The position numbers and the translations under genes were made by a program. A stretch of DNA of 64,000 nucleotides, from the NCBI GenBank assembly GCA_008632985.1, contig QPGO01000022.1:434001-498000 (forward strand), given 5' to 3'. The notes under the pieces are model-generated. The model was given only the letters and a program-made list of their open reading frames with translations, was not told where the DNA came from and did no database searches. Of the stretch, positions 11,601 to 24,300 are shown piece after piece (within the stretch, counting starts at the first letter, position 1; each line of letters opens with the position of its first letter). Source of the stretch: Psammoneis japonica (taxonomy: Eukaryota).

Positions 11601-13436
11601 ATGGACTTCATTTCTTTGGCCGAGTCTTCGCGTGAGCTTATTCGTCACTTGACGAGTGAATCGCCCAATCAAGATGATGGCCTCTCGCATCTACCGTCCG
11701 CTAATGAAGCTGATTCTCATTTGAGTGGTGCATCTGCCTATGAAGATGCAATGGCGCAGGAACAGAAACCTCTGCTTTCCCCGACAGCAGAGGCAGAATT
11801 ATTCTTGCTGGCCACAAATTTCCTTCTCTGTAAGTGATAATTGTACTCAATTGACCCGTTCTCTTCGTTCTCGACCTCATTCGCCTCGTTGTTATTGTTA
11901 TTCCAGATGTTGCTATGGTGATTATTGCGACTATGGTCGCCAAGATTTATTTCCCCGAATCGTTGGAACGGGGGCGAGCGAGTGTTGCTCGAACCTTTTC
12001 GTACCGCATGGTGGACGAGGGCGAAGTCAACAGCAACGATGAGTCATATTATGGGTCAGATGTGAGTGATGATGAAGACGATACCAATTCAGAGTTGCTG
12101 GGTAGCAGCGACGAGGACGAGGATGGATTGCTCGAATCAGAAGGAGGGCCACGACGAAGAAAAATGTCTGGAAGTGGAAACCTGCTCGAGTTTGATCAGA
12201 ATACAATGCATCGGTCGCAGGTCTTCAAGAGGCTCATGTTCTGCTCCTTGATGCTTAACGTAACATTTGTGACATGGGGTATTCTCCAGGTACGAAGTGC
12301 TCCGCTGTTGTTGTGCAACTGCGACAACCAGTTTTCGCCCTGAGCCAATGCTGACACCTTTCTCTCTTTCTTTGTCACGCAAACAGGAAAGAATGTTGAC
12401 ACGTCGTTATCCTCGATCTACTGGAGAATACTTTACATACTCTTATGCTCTGGTCTTTACCAATCGATTCTGGACACTCATTTTGTCCGGTCTCCTGCTT
12501 CTTTACCTGAGGCCCCGCCGTTCTCAATCCACGGTGATGTATGAGTATTCTTCCCTTCCATCTCCAACATGCTTAGTAGTTGGTGCCAGTATGAAGCGCT
12601 TCGGTATGTGTCTTTCCCTGCAACTACCCTGTTCAAATCCTTCAAATTGGCCCCCGTCATGGCAATGGGGAAAATCCTTGGAAACAAGAGTTGTACGTAT
12701 AGTTGGGAATCATGTTGCATTGCGTTGTTTCGTTCTAAATCTCTGTGCTTACAATGGTTGTCGCATTTTACTTTTTCCTTTTTATAGATCCGCAGTATGA
12801 CTACATGGTGGCGCTTGTAATTGGTGTGGGTATCACCATGTTCATGTCTTCGACGGACGATTTGAGCTTGGCTACGACATTTACGGAGAGGAGGCAAGCG
12901 CTACGTGGACCGGAATCATGTTGCTCTTTTTCTTTCTCTTCTTCGACAGTTTCACGAGTCAGTGGCAGAGCCGCATGTTCCAGAGACACCGGGACTTATC
13001 CATGATTGAACTCATGTTTGCCACATCCGCCTTTTCCACCGTCCTGTCCTTTGTGACCCTGGTTCACACCAAGGAGCTGTACCCGGCTATTAGCTTTGTG
13101 ATTCGTCATTCGGAAATCCATTTGCACTTTTTCATGTTTTCGATTTGCTCCACGATCGGTCAGCTCTTTATCTTTTACACCATCAAGAACTTTGGCGCCG
13201 TCGTGTTTACAATCATTATGACAACGCGTATTTTGCTCAGCATTGCCATTTCATGCATCATGTATGGTCACAACGTGACTGGGCCAGGGTTCTTAGGACT
13301 CATGATGGTGATGGGCGCCGTTTTCTATCGAATCAAACGCAAAGCGGAAGGAAAGCAGCTCATAAAGTGGGAAGGAATCGGCGACGAGAAGGCACAAGAA
13401 CTTGTCCAGGAGTGGCATGAACACGGGGACATGTAG
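11601..13436 (+). CDS. PAPS transporter (SLC35B2-like, UAA nucleotide-sugar transporter family), 3 introns
   Basis: Motifs WGILQERMLT, SSWCQYEALRYVSFP..LFKSFK, FDSFTSQWQ and GQLFIFYTIKNFGAVVFTIIMTTR. GT..AG introns at ~11830-11908, ~12289-12387 and ~12693-12788. Frameshift near 12550. Confidence 0.88.
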
Positions 13437-13549
13437 TGAGCCAAGAAAGTAATCTGAGTATGATTTTGATACTACAGTAATTATCCATTCTTGTCCCTTC
13501 GTATGGCTTCTCTATTGTATTGTACGATTATGCTCCTGTAGGTTGTGCG

Positions 13550-14647
13550 TCATGTCAAGACGTGTCTGACGAAATCCGGAGCGTTGTCGAGATAAAGGTG
13601 GTGTCCTGCGTTCGGGACAATGTGGACACTAGCGACACCCGTTCTTTGATCTTGATTCAGTCTCTTGACGACATGACGAGCGCTCTCTTCGTTGAAACGC
13701 ATCCAGTCATTGTCTCCAAACAATATCTTTAACTCTATATGGCTTTCCATCGTTGCAAGGCCATCCTGTGGCTCGTCGAGTGGCTCTCGTGCAAAAACAC
13801 CCATGGTATTAGTGGAGACGGCAGGTTCCAAGAGAGAATTCATGGCGTATTCTCCTGATGGAGGCGCCACAGTAATATGAAACAAATAGTCGGCCAACAG
13901 CTCATGGTCTTGATCATTCAAATGAGGAATTCGACCTCGAAGGGCACGTCGCACATTCTGTCTGCCGCGCGTTGCACCCATGGCTCGCACCAGTTGCTGC
14001 GGAGTGACATTGGAACTCCAGAGCGCGTCTAGTAGTCTAAGAGAAGCGGGCATGTCTGATCCAGTCAAAGTATCTACAGGTTTTGAAGGAAGACCAACGG
14101 GTGAAGCCAGGACGAGTTTCGACAGTCGATCCGGGTAGGCTAAAGCGTATTTCGCCGACAAGTATGCTCCAAGGGAGTGCCCAACCAACCACAGATTCTC
14201 TTGAATACCTTCTTGGTGCAGAAACTCTTCCAGAGGATCGATGAAGAAACGGACCGCTTCTGAGGGTGTAAATCTCGAGTCGCATAAGTTTGTTGAGAAC
14301 TCGGACAAGCCGCGGATCGGTCTTCTGCAGGGAGGCCTCGTTGAGCCGCCCATCCCCATCCAATCCACCAAGATCAGCCTTCGGATTTGACCATTCTGTA
14401 TCAGTGGATCGATGTTGCGAAAAAAGAACCCGAGGCCACTTCCAAATCCATGGGCTAGGCATAGAGTTGCTAGGGACGATTTGTTGTTTGCGTCGTGTGG
14501 TGCAAACTCGACGCAGTTTATGACGCCTGCACTTGTTCTTTTGACCATTCGAGATTTGACAAGCGAAGACAGTAGCTTCTCTTGAGACTGGAGCAACAAA
14601 TCATGGTTGCTCTGCGTCCACCACTGTCTCAAGAAACGCGTCGCCAT
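13550..14647 (-). CDS. Alpha/beta hydrolase, ABHD4/ABHD5 (CGI-58/Cld1)-like
   Basis: Motifs HGFGSG, DWMGMGGS, the GHSLG nucleophile elbow, LASPVG, and the C-terminal HX4D motif AGHHLYLDN. Confidence 0.88.
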   Translation of the reverse strand: MATRFLRQWWTQSNHDLLLQSQEKLLSSLVKSRMVKRTSAGVINCVEFAPHDANNKSSLATLCLAHGFGSGLGFFFRNIDPLIQNGQIRRLILVDWMGMGGSTRPPCRRPIRGLSEFSTNLCDSRFTPSEAVRFFIDPLEEFLHQEGIQENLWLVGHSLGAYLSAKYALAYPDRLSKLVLASPVGLPSKPVDTLTGSDMPASLRLLDALWSSNVTPQQLVRAMGATRGRQNVRRALRGRIPHLNDQDHELLADYLFHITVAPPSGEYAMNSLLEPAVSTNTMGVFAREPLDEPQDGLATMESHIELKILFGDNDWMRFNEESARHVVKRLNQDQRTGVASVHIVPNAGHHLYLDNAPDFVRHVLT

Positions 14648-14976
14648 GGTTGGATCTACCGGTATGGATCTACGGTATCCGAAAAATATCACCGGAGAGT
14701 GAGGTGGGAGCGGTGGCAGACAGACTGCAGCAGCGGGCCAGGCTGCAGCGCTGTGGGCCAGGAGGCGAGGCGGGAGGCAGGCAGGCCAAGGCAGCGCGCA
14801 GGAGGCAGGAGGGACGATCAGACATGCTTGCTCAGCACCGTTCGAGCAGTTCCATTGATCATTGATCGACGAAATTGCTATTCAATCTACTCTCTAGAGA
14901 GTAGGAACTAAAGCTACCGAAGCCAGGGAAGCAGTAACATTATCACAGGAAGCAGTGGGAGCACAGTTTTGCCACC

Positions 14977-15831
14977 ATGTCATCTCTTCGAAATGCGGTC
15001 AAACGCGTTACGCATAAAGAACGGTCCCAGCCGCAGGCTCGGTCTCATTTGGGTATTTTGGAAAAGAAGAAGGACTATCGTGAACGCTCTCGGGACTACC
15101 ACAGCAAGCAAGATCGAATCAAGTCCATGAGGCGCAAGGCTTCGGAGCGGAATCCCGATGAGTTTTACTTTGGAATGCACAAATCTGTTGTAAAAGATGG
15201 ACGTCATGTCAAGACGACGCAGGCGCGAAATGAAGAACTGCAGGATCAGATTGGAGCGGATGCGGTACGAATCATGAAGGACCAGGATTTGTCGTATGTG
15301 CGAATGCAAAAGCAAAAAGACGCCAAGAAACTGGAGAGACTTCAAGCATCGCTTCATTTTCTTGGAGGAGTCAACAACGAGGAGGAGGAAAGGACGGTGA
15401 AGAAACGAAAGCACGCCATTTTTGTTGACACAAAGGAAGATGCCGAGGCTTTTGATGTTGCAAATCACTTTCAAACTCTACCCGAGTTAGCTGGTAGGGT
15501 CTTTAACAGGCCACGAGTGCAGCAGCTACTCCTGTCGGCAACGACGAACGGCGAAAGTGACATGGATGAGGAATCCTACCAGCCAACTCAACAGGACCTT
15601 GCACTCGAGGCAAAAGCGAATCGTAGGACTGCCAAAAAGGTTGCCAGGGCAAGGTCGGCCGCATATGGGGAATTATTGGCTAGGACAAAGCGTGTTGAAA
15701 CTATGAAGCTTGCAGAAGCCCACTTGGTGACTGAGAAGCTAGTTGCAGGAAAAGGACGCAAGCGAAAAATCAAGCCAGCGGAAAATGGCAAACCCGCCGT
15801 TTACAAATGGAGAAGAAAGCGAATGCGCTAG
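14977..15831 (+). CDS. UTP11: U3 snoRNA-associated protein 11
   Basis: N-terminal [41 protein letters not shown] and C-terminal YKWRRKR. Confidence 0.95.
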   Translation: MSSLRNAVKRVTHKERSQPQARSHLGILEKKKDYRERSRDYHSKQDRIKSMRRKASERNPDEFYFGMHKSVVKDGRHVKTTQARNEELQDQIGADAVRIMKDQDLSYVRMQKQKDAKKLERLQASLHFLGGVNNEEEERTVKKRKHAIFVDTKEDAEAFDVANHFQTLPELAGRVFNRPRVQQLLLSATTNGESDMDEESYQPTQQDLALEAKANRRTAKKVARARSAAYGELLARTKRVETMKLAEAHLVTEKLVAGKGRKRKIKPAENGKPAVYKWRRKRMR

Positions 15832-18800
15832 ATTTTCAGCCTGTCAGGGTTCTCTCCAAGTTCAGAGGGTTATCCACGCTAGATGAATGTAAGCACAGCT
15901 GTACATGTCGAAGGCTTGGAGGAGACTTATAGATGCTACCTGTGCTTTGGCGTTCCTCAAGATAGTACGGCAAGATTATTGACGGCAATCATTTCTTTAT
16001 AGAACTAGTAACCGCGACTCCGACAGACACAACAACGTCATGTTTTTGGTCCAAAACTACCTTTTTGTTTCTGCCTAGATCCGAGGTAAACGATTCGTTG
16101 TCCTCTGCCTTGCTTCTGCCATGCCCCGAGCAGGAAAACAGATCCCATTTTCCTTTGTGATATGTTGAATGCAAGATACGTCTTCTCTCGACAATTGAAA
16201 ATACTGGGAACTGTTCCTGGTTTCTGCGCTCGCAAAATGACATAGAGACCGCTTGTTGCAAAAATACACAAGAGTCTCTTTTTGTCGTTTCGTCCTTGAA
16301 CAACAGGTTTTGCTCCTTGTTTCAATGTTCGCTGCAGCTAGACTGTGATAATACTTGCGCAGAATAGATGCTTGTTTGGAGTCTATTTCTCGATGTCCAT
16401 GAATGATGACCTGGAGAATGAAGATCGCTTCGGGCCCACCTGTTCAACACTTCCCAGTGACAGGAATTGCTCGTGAGAAACAGTCAGTGGTCATTGTCAA
16501 CAAGTCTTTCAACAACTGCAGCATCATGTCCAAGTCTCACCAGTGGCCTCACAGTTCTCCTCAAACATTGAGGAGCCAGTGCTGTGGGTGTGCAAGTGAC
16601 AGTGCTTGAGGATGGAAACAACTGGCATCACACCAGCAACAACAACGTTGATCCTGTGTGTGTTCACTTTGCACCCACATCATCCCAAGAATCATTGCAA
16701 AATGTTTGATCACTGTGCAACACAAAACAAGAACAATGGAGAGAATGTAAGAAATTGGTGGACAAAGGCCAGTGCACCAGAGCCAAGGATTGAATCATGG
16801 CATTGTCCAAAACAAAATTCTGTCAAATGTCATTGCCCCATGCTCCACACAACAAGACAGCCCCTTCTGTTGATGAGATGGCTCTTGCACCTCAAAACAA
16901 ATGATGTTGTCTTGGCATGAGAGCACAGCAATGGTTGAGACAAAAGCCCATCACACAACAGACCAAAGAGCAAGCAATGAATGAGAATGTTGTTGTGGGC
17001 ACTCCTCTGGCTGGGAATGGAGGGAGATGTGGCAGGAGCAGTGCAGCATGAACACTTCATTGCAAGCACTGGTTGACTGTCACATCATGATTGACAACAA
17101 ACTTGAAAGAACTGGTGCATGGTGGCTCACAAGTGCTGCAGGAACAACAGCTCAATTTGCTTTTGCTTGACAGCTTTGTCATTGGCACCTGCATCCAGTG
17201 CTGTCAGAGCCTTGGTGGGACATGTTGTTGGCCAACAGGCTCCTGATCCAACAAAGCACAACAAGATCCTGCGTTGATTTTGAAGATTTGTGTCACAATT
17301 TTCAAGGTTGTTGTGCCCTCAAGCAGCTGCTGGATTGAAGAAATGCTCAACAGCAAGATTGTCAAATTAACAACCACAAAGTGGACTGCATCACAAAGCA
17401 CCTCAGTTGTGTTGCATCACCCATGCAAGGACATCATCAGCACCCCTTTGATCTCAACAAGACTGACCCAATGAAAAAAGCTGCACTCAGAAGCAAGGGC
17501 ATCAAAGGTTCTTGGCAAGTGAAGAAACAGGTCTCAACCTTTTTTGCACCTCTCTCTAACTTTCAAAAGCACATGTCCTTGCCCATGCTTCTGCAAACTG
17601 TCCACAGATGGGCTGCTCTGTGGTGGCTTTGCCTGCAGGGACCCCTTTGCAATGAGGCAGCATTTTGCAGCTGTGTGGTGGCTCCAATGTTTGATGTTGA
17701 TGACATGGTGGCCAAGTGCAGAGACACATGTTGTTGGCTTGCTGGCTCCTGCCAGAAAAAACAAACATGGGTGGCAACCAGCCAGTGCTGAAAACTTCTG
17801 TGCACTTGGCAGGGCTCTCAGCTGGCTGTGCTTCAACAAACTGCTTGTTGCAGCTGGCTTGCCTTCTGTCAAACCCCTCAATGTGGTGGTGCACCCCCAG
17901 CAACCCAGTGCACATGGTTGTGCTGCAGCAAAGATTGTTTGAGCTGCCTTTTCAAAAGTTGCTGGGGACCTTCAGTGGTGAAGCAAGCAACCATTGCTGC
18001 CCCTGCAAACAAGTCAACATTGCTGGCTGGAGTCAAGAGTGGCCCAGGCACAGAAAAAGGAAAATGCAAAAATGCAAAGCTGTCTCTGTCCACTGACAAA
18101 CAGTTTGCTTGCTTCTCCACAGCCATCATCTCATCAATTCTTGGGGTGGCAAAGAAAGCAGTGGCAGCCCTCTGTCCCAGCTTGCTCCAATGGACAGAGA
18201 GAAGACATGAGGCTGCAGAGAACAGAGATTGTCAGACCAAATTGGAGCAAATCAACTCCATGACATCCTGCCTCATTGCAAAACACAACAGCCAAACCAG
18301 AACAAAGTTGGCATGCAATGAACACTCTCTCAGCTTTGTTTGTGGCAACAAAAACACAGAAAAGCTTGTTGAGTGACAGACCAGCCACCATTCTCAACTT
18401 TGAAAAAGGCTGTGGCATTGTTGAGCTTGTTGCAACTTGCAACAACATGAGGTGTCAGCAAAAATGATTGATGAGACTGTGGGAATTTTTGTGAGTGAGA
18501 TGCTGGCTCCAGCTCCAAGTGCTGGCACACATGTGTGCCTTGATGCCCCCTCCCCCCCACACACACACACTTCAGTGCAAAGTTCTTCTTCAATTTTTGA
18601 ATCTTTTTTTCAAAATCACAAGGTGAGTGTGCACAAGTGCATGCTCCACCAGCCCAGCATTTCTGCTGTGCAGGTGATTTGGAACACCCAGCCAAGTTTC
18701 TGTTCTTTTTGCAGATTGGTGATGTGCTTTGGCCACTTGGTTTGGCTTTTTGCCATTTGCAATCAGGTGTGAGATCACCACTTGTTGACTTTGCTCTTGG

Positions 18801-19559
18801 CTCTGTGCTGATGTGCCCCCAACCCAGCATCTCACTTTGCCCCTTTCTTGTTTGAAGCAGTTGGTGCATGTGCACAACAGTGGTCCACAGCTGACAGCCA
18901 TGCATCCCCAAGGGAAGCTCTCTGGCTCTCCAAAATGAGCAAGGGTTGGCAGTCAAAGAAATGGATTTGACTTGGCAGATGAAAGTGCACAAGAACCTCC
19001 CTTGTTGCTGCAGAAAGGAAGCACTGCAAAAGCAAGAGATGACAAACAATGGACTTTGTTGTTTTGTGTCATGAGGCACTGGGAGAGTCCAGCCCAGATC
19101 ATGAGCAGCAGCACACAAGCATCCAACCAGGAGAAAGAAGATCATGAAGGACAGCAAGATTCAGCCAGCAGCACAGAGAGTTTAATAAAGAAAGCTCATG
19201 CTCTGATGGTGGCATGAATGCCAAGGGTTGCAAAAGAGTCATTTTGTGGTGGAGCAACAAGGGGCATTGCAAATTGGTTGTGGTGAAGTGCAGATTGCAG
19301 ATGGCAATGCCATGTGAGCCACCCACAAGCAAGTTGGTAAATGCCAAGCCAAAGAGCCTTGCATGTGTGCCACATGGCAGCATCATTGTGGTGCAAGATG
19401 AAAAAAAAACAGATCCAATTTATGGTGCTGCCACTTCTTCACCAGCCAGGCCAGTGCTGGCTGACTCACACTCCCAGCACATTAAAAAAAATGCAGTGCC
19501 AGAAGGTGACACCCAATTGAAGTTGCTGAGAACGGCTGGAGTGCTGCAAAGCCTGAAGA

Positions 19560-20700
19560 GCTTCACTTCCTTTGTGCTTGCATTCAGGCATGGTTTAACT
19601 GCAGAGACCCATTTTTTGTTCTTGTTGTGTGAGTGAGCAAGGTGCTCCCCACATTCTCCATCAAAATGTCACAGTCCTTGGCAAGGCATTCTTGTCTTTT
19701 GTTGTAAATGGCAGTGAGTTCAGCCTCTCCCACCCAATGCTGCAAGGACTTGTGAGATTTGATGTCAAGGCCATGCACTTTCTTGTTGTGCTCTTCCCAC
19801 AAGCCTCACCAGGAATTCCCAATGCATGTGCCTGTCTGCACTGGCCAGGTGGGTGGCTGGTCATTCTGTTCTTGACATTGATGCAGAAGACCCAACTCAC
19901 ACAGACACATCTCCTGAAAGGCACTCCACAGTCATGAGAACCTGCTGTTGAACATTTGCCTCCATCCCATGTCACTCTGTTGTGCCACAAAGAATGCAGC
20001 ATCAGATCTGCGTCTGAATCACAGAAAAATTGGCCATGGAACTGAGCCTCCAGAGACAAGAGAAGAAAATCACACAATGGAGGCATGGTGCCTGACACAT
20101 TGCAATGTCAGTGCAGTCCTTGAAGAAAAGTGCAATGCCAAGGTTTGTTGTCTGGGCAACGGAGAATGTGATCCCTGTCTTCTGCCCATGGGGTGGTCAC
20201 AAGAGAGGCAGGAGTGAGGACAGACTGGGTTGTGCCAATGGACAATCTTGTTTGCAGGCAGCAGCTCACAAACCAGTTTCGCTGTTGAGATGTGTTTCTT
20301 GGAATGCCGGCGGATCAATGTTTTGTGGACAGGCCAATCCATTGTCTGTCCATGACTGACAATGACCAGCCATTGCCACTCTCTGATGTGCTCCAACAGT
20401 GGAAGAGCTGCAGCTGCACATCGTGTGGCAGCCTCATGTCCAGCAGTGATGGCACTGTCCTCTGGACAGAGGCAAGCCTGACAATGAGGGAATGGGATGA
20501 CCTGAGAAGTGTCGTGATCACACAGACCTTGACAACACCCTGCCAACATGTCAGCTTGGACATTGATCTTTGCATTTCTGTCAACCACCCACTTTGTCAA
20601 ACAAGGGTGGCTGTTGGTGCTGCCACTTTGAATGACTTTGCAGTCAGGCACAGAGCAGTTTTTGGCAACTGCAATTGGATGTGCCACTGTCTCCCAGCTC
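19560..20700 (-). mobile_element. 3' part of a non-LTR retrotransposon ORF (RNase H end + zinc-binding region), degenerate
   Basis: NVQADMLA (RNase H N..AD.LA), MDW...KLVCELLP...CPHSCLSC and WEEHNKKVHG resemble LINE C-termini. Confidence 0.5.
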
Positions 20701-20867
20701 TGTGGCTTCCTCCTGGGCTTGAGAAACTTTGTCCTTCTTGCTTGGCCTTGTGACACATTGGTGCAAATCATGCAAATTTCATGTTTGTTGCTGTGTGGGG
20801 TGGGTGTGCTTGTTCACCAACAAGTTGCAACCCATTCCAATGAAAAACAATGGAGGCTTCAAAGATG

Positions 20868-21348
20868 CTGTGTGCACAGGGCATTTGTCTCAACAGCCTC
20901 AGTTTTGACAAGAAACAAGTGTCCCACCAGCACATGTCAATGGAAAGCACCACAACACAACTTGTCATTGAACTGCCCTCACACAGCAACTTCTCATTGT
21001 TTCTTCTGACCACAAAAACAGCACTGCTGCCATGACCCAAAAGAGCACAGTGGTGTCCTGAGTTTGGCTGGGTTCAAAAGGGTTGCTTTGATGAAACCCA
21101 GGGATGTTGAGGACACTGTGTGCACAGGGCATTTGTCTCAACAACCTCACTTTTGACAAGAAACAAGTGTCCTCCAAGCACATGTCAATGAAAAGCACCA
21201 CAACAAAGCTTGTTGTTGCACCCTCACACACCAGCTTCTCATTGCTTCTTCTGCCCACAAAAACAGCACTGCTGCTGTGACCCAAAAGGGCAGAGTGGTG
21301 TCTTGTGCTTGGCTGGGTTTAAAAGGGTTGCTTTGATCAAACCCAGGG
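20868..21348. repeat. Tandem duplication, ~248-bp unit x 2
   Basis: CTGTGTGCACAGGGCATTTGTCTCAAC...AAACCCAGGG occurs at ~20868-21103 and ~21116-21348. Confidence 0.9.
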
Positions 21349-24300
21349 CCATTTGTGCACTTGTCATGCACAGAAATTTGTGCCAAAACCATGCTTGCAC
21401 TGTTGGGGCACACAACTTGTTTTGTGCAAAAAAAAAATTGAGCACAGCAGCAAGGGCACACTTTCCATGCATTCTGTGCCAAATGACTGTGACTCTGGCA
21501 AGAAGGCAGTCCTGGCTGTCATGTCAAAACAACTGCCATGCTGCACACTTTTCCTTTTTTGAGTGAAACCACCATGTTGTGCACTTTTCTCTTTTTGAGT
21601 TCCTTGTTTCTCCTTGGCAACTTTGGTGGGGCCACATCTTGTCTTTCTTGCACAAAACAAATCCCAGTGGCTTTATGGAGAGGAGCACAACTTGTGCTTG
21701 GGTCCTCTTGTGCTCCTTTGTGAAGGACATCAACATCTGCTTCTCTTTGGTTGGATTTTTTGTTGCGCACTTTTTGCTTCTTGAATGATGCCTTGTTTCT
21801 CCTTAGTGTCTGTCAAGTGGACATTGTCAGCCAGCCCCAATGTGCAGTCATTTTCAGTGTCACCCTGGTGGATGCTTGCCATGCCACCAGCAAGGCTTCC
21901 CACATGCCATCACACCATGGTGCACCCCACAAAGGCACCAAAATGTGTGTTCTGGACCTGTCCAAACTCACCACATGCTCCCCATGCACCAGGCAACTGC
22001 TTGCATGCTGTGAAGCTCCATGGTCATGTGCTTCAACCAGGAGACACATCAGCACAGAACTGTGCAGGGGAGTTGCACACTGGAGCCCACTGCCTGGACA
22101 CACAGCACACCAAAGTTGTCCCACCCCTGGGTTCTCACCTTGGCCTGCTGCCACACACAGTGGCATGCTGCAACATGATGATCTCCCCATGGGCTGTGGT
22201 TTGATCCCTCAAAACAGTTCCCCATTGTTCTGCATCTGAGTGCAATGTTGCCAATTGCTCCCAGAACACTCTCTGCTTGGCAGGGCCATGTCTTGCCTTT
22301 GCAATGATCCTTTTGAGGAACACCAAGTGATGCCTGGCAGTTTGTGGTTGGATTGCTTGTGTGCCTCTGCCCTGTCCTTGAGAATGAAATTAAGCTGTTG
22401 TGCCAGCAACTGTGGCAGAGTTGTTGGGGCTGATCTGACAACCTTTGAAGACAGGCAAGCAATTTGTGTTGCCAGATTTTTGTTGTTCTTGTTGTTTTGC
22501 ATGGCCAGCTGCAGCAGTGGTTTGCTTCCAACACAAAACTTGTTCCGTGCAACTTTTTTGTTGGACCAGCTCTGGCTGCTCATGATGTTGGCTGCCACAG
22601 CAGAGAAAAGTCCAACATCCAACATGTTTTTTGTCAACAGAGCTCCCCACCAATTGTCTCAAGTTGGACAAAGACAAGGTCAATGTTTTGCCTCCCAAGC
22701 CAAGCCCCCCTCCCACAAAGCAGCACACCAGGCAGTGCAGCACAAAGTCGGCCGGAAAGTCATGTGTGCCAGGAGCAATGTGAGCAACAATGTTTTTGCC
22801 AGAATTGTCAGAATTCATGAAAGCAGCAAAGCTGGACACTGCACTGGTGTTCTCTTCTTCAATGAGCAAGAGAACAGACAAAGATGGCCTGACAAGCAAG
22901 AGTCTGTCACCCACCCCACAAACACCAGCACCCAGCACAAAGAAAGGGCAGGACATTCTCTGCCACTGCAACAGCAAGCTGTGTGATGGCCAATGTTTTC
23001 AGCAGGGTGTGCTGTGTGCTTTGCTTGGCAACAATGATGTCATTTCAATCCAATGTCAAAGCTCATGATGGGCCAGCTGTGCACATGAGATTGCTTGCCA
23101 AGAGCCTCAAAGGCACAAGCTGCCAAGCTGTGGCAGGGTGCATGAGCTGCCTTCAGTGGCAGCAAATGCTGGAGCCAACCCCAATGTTGCCACCTGTGGC
23201 TGTGCAATGCTGCACTCACATCTGAAACAGTCTGAACCAAAAGCACAAAAGAGCTGTTGCAGGGCATGCAAATGTTTGCATGATGTGCAATGGCAAGGGC
23301 TGGCCATTGAGCAAGATCTGTTGAGAAAGGTTGAGCATCATGTGGACATCAGCTGGGCAGGCTTTTGGCAAGACTGCCTGTTCAATGAGATCTCCCTGTC
23401 TTCTGTGCACCCTCAGCCCCAAGCACTGCTGCAAAGCACAGCACATTGTGTCACTGTGTCCTCTGCTTTGTGAGAAATTGTTGACATCACAAGCTGTGTG
23501 GAGGAGCTGAAGCAAAGAAGTTTTCTGTTGATTGCTGCAATTTTCAGAAGAAGGTTGTGTTGGGCGTTTGAGGAGAACAACTCACTGTGCCAGCCACAGA
23601 AGCACCTGTCTGCACATCTGCACCACATGCTGCATTTGTGCCAAGCCAACGGAATTGACAAGCTCGTCAAAGTGCATGACAAGTCAGCATCATGGCCTTC
23701 CTCATCCAGCTGCCAGGGAGTGAAAGGAAATCATGAATCTCCTGGCTGAGAGGCAGATCTGCCAGCAGCTCTCTCATGCACCTGAAAGCAAGTCAGGCCA
23801 TTGCAAAAGTGGAGATTGTGGGGCTCCTGTTGATCACCTTGCTCCCCCCCTCCCTCTCACTTTTGCCACAAGCACACTTTGCTCTACCATTTGTTTGGCT
23901 GGGTGCTCTTTTGACGACTCTTGCAAATGCAGCAACAAGCCAGATGCATGGCTCAAGCCCTGATGGTTGCATTTGATTGACTCAGCTGGCTTGTGAGCGC
24001 ACAACATCATTTGTGCAAAGAAAAAAACAAAAGTTGCAGCTGAGCTGTGACATTCATTGTGAGCAATTTCCTGCTGAAATTTCAACAAAAACTCCTCACC
24101 AACCATGCTGAGAGTGATGCTGTGATGCTTGTTGTCATGTCTCATTCCGCATTGGAGGCACTTGTTGTGAAGGGAAACCAGCGTTGGCCAGGTGCTCTTT
24201 CATCTGCAATCACACAGGAAAACAATGACAGGGCTGAGAGAGAGAGAGAGAGAGCCAACATTCTCTGATGTGATGGCCCAGCTGAGTGTCAGTGCTTGCC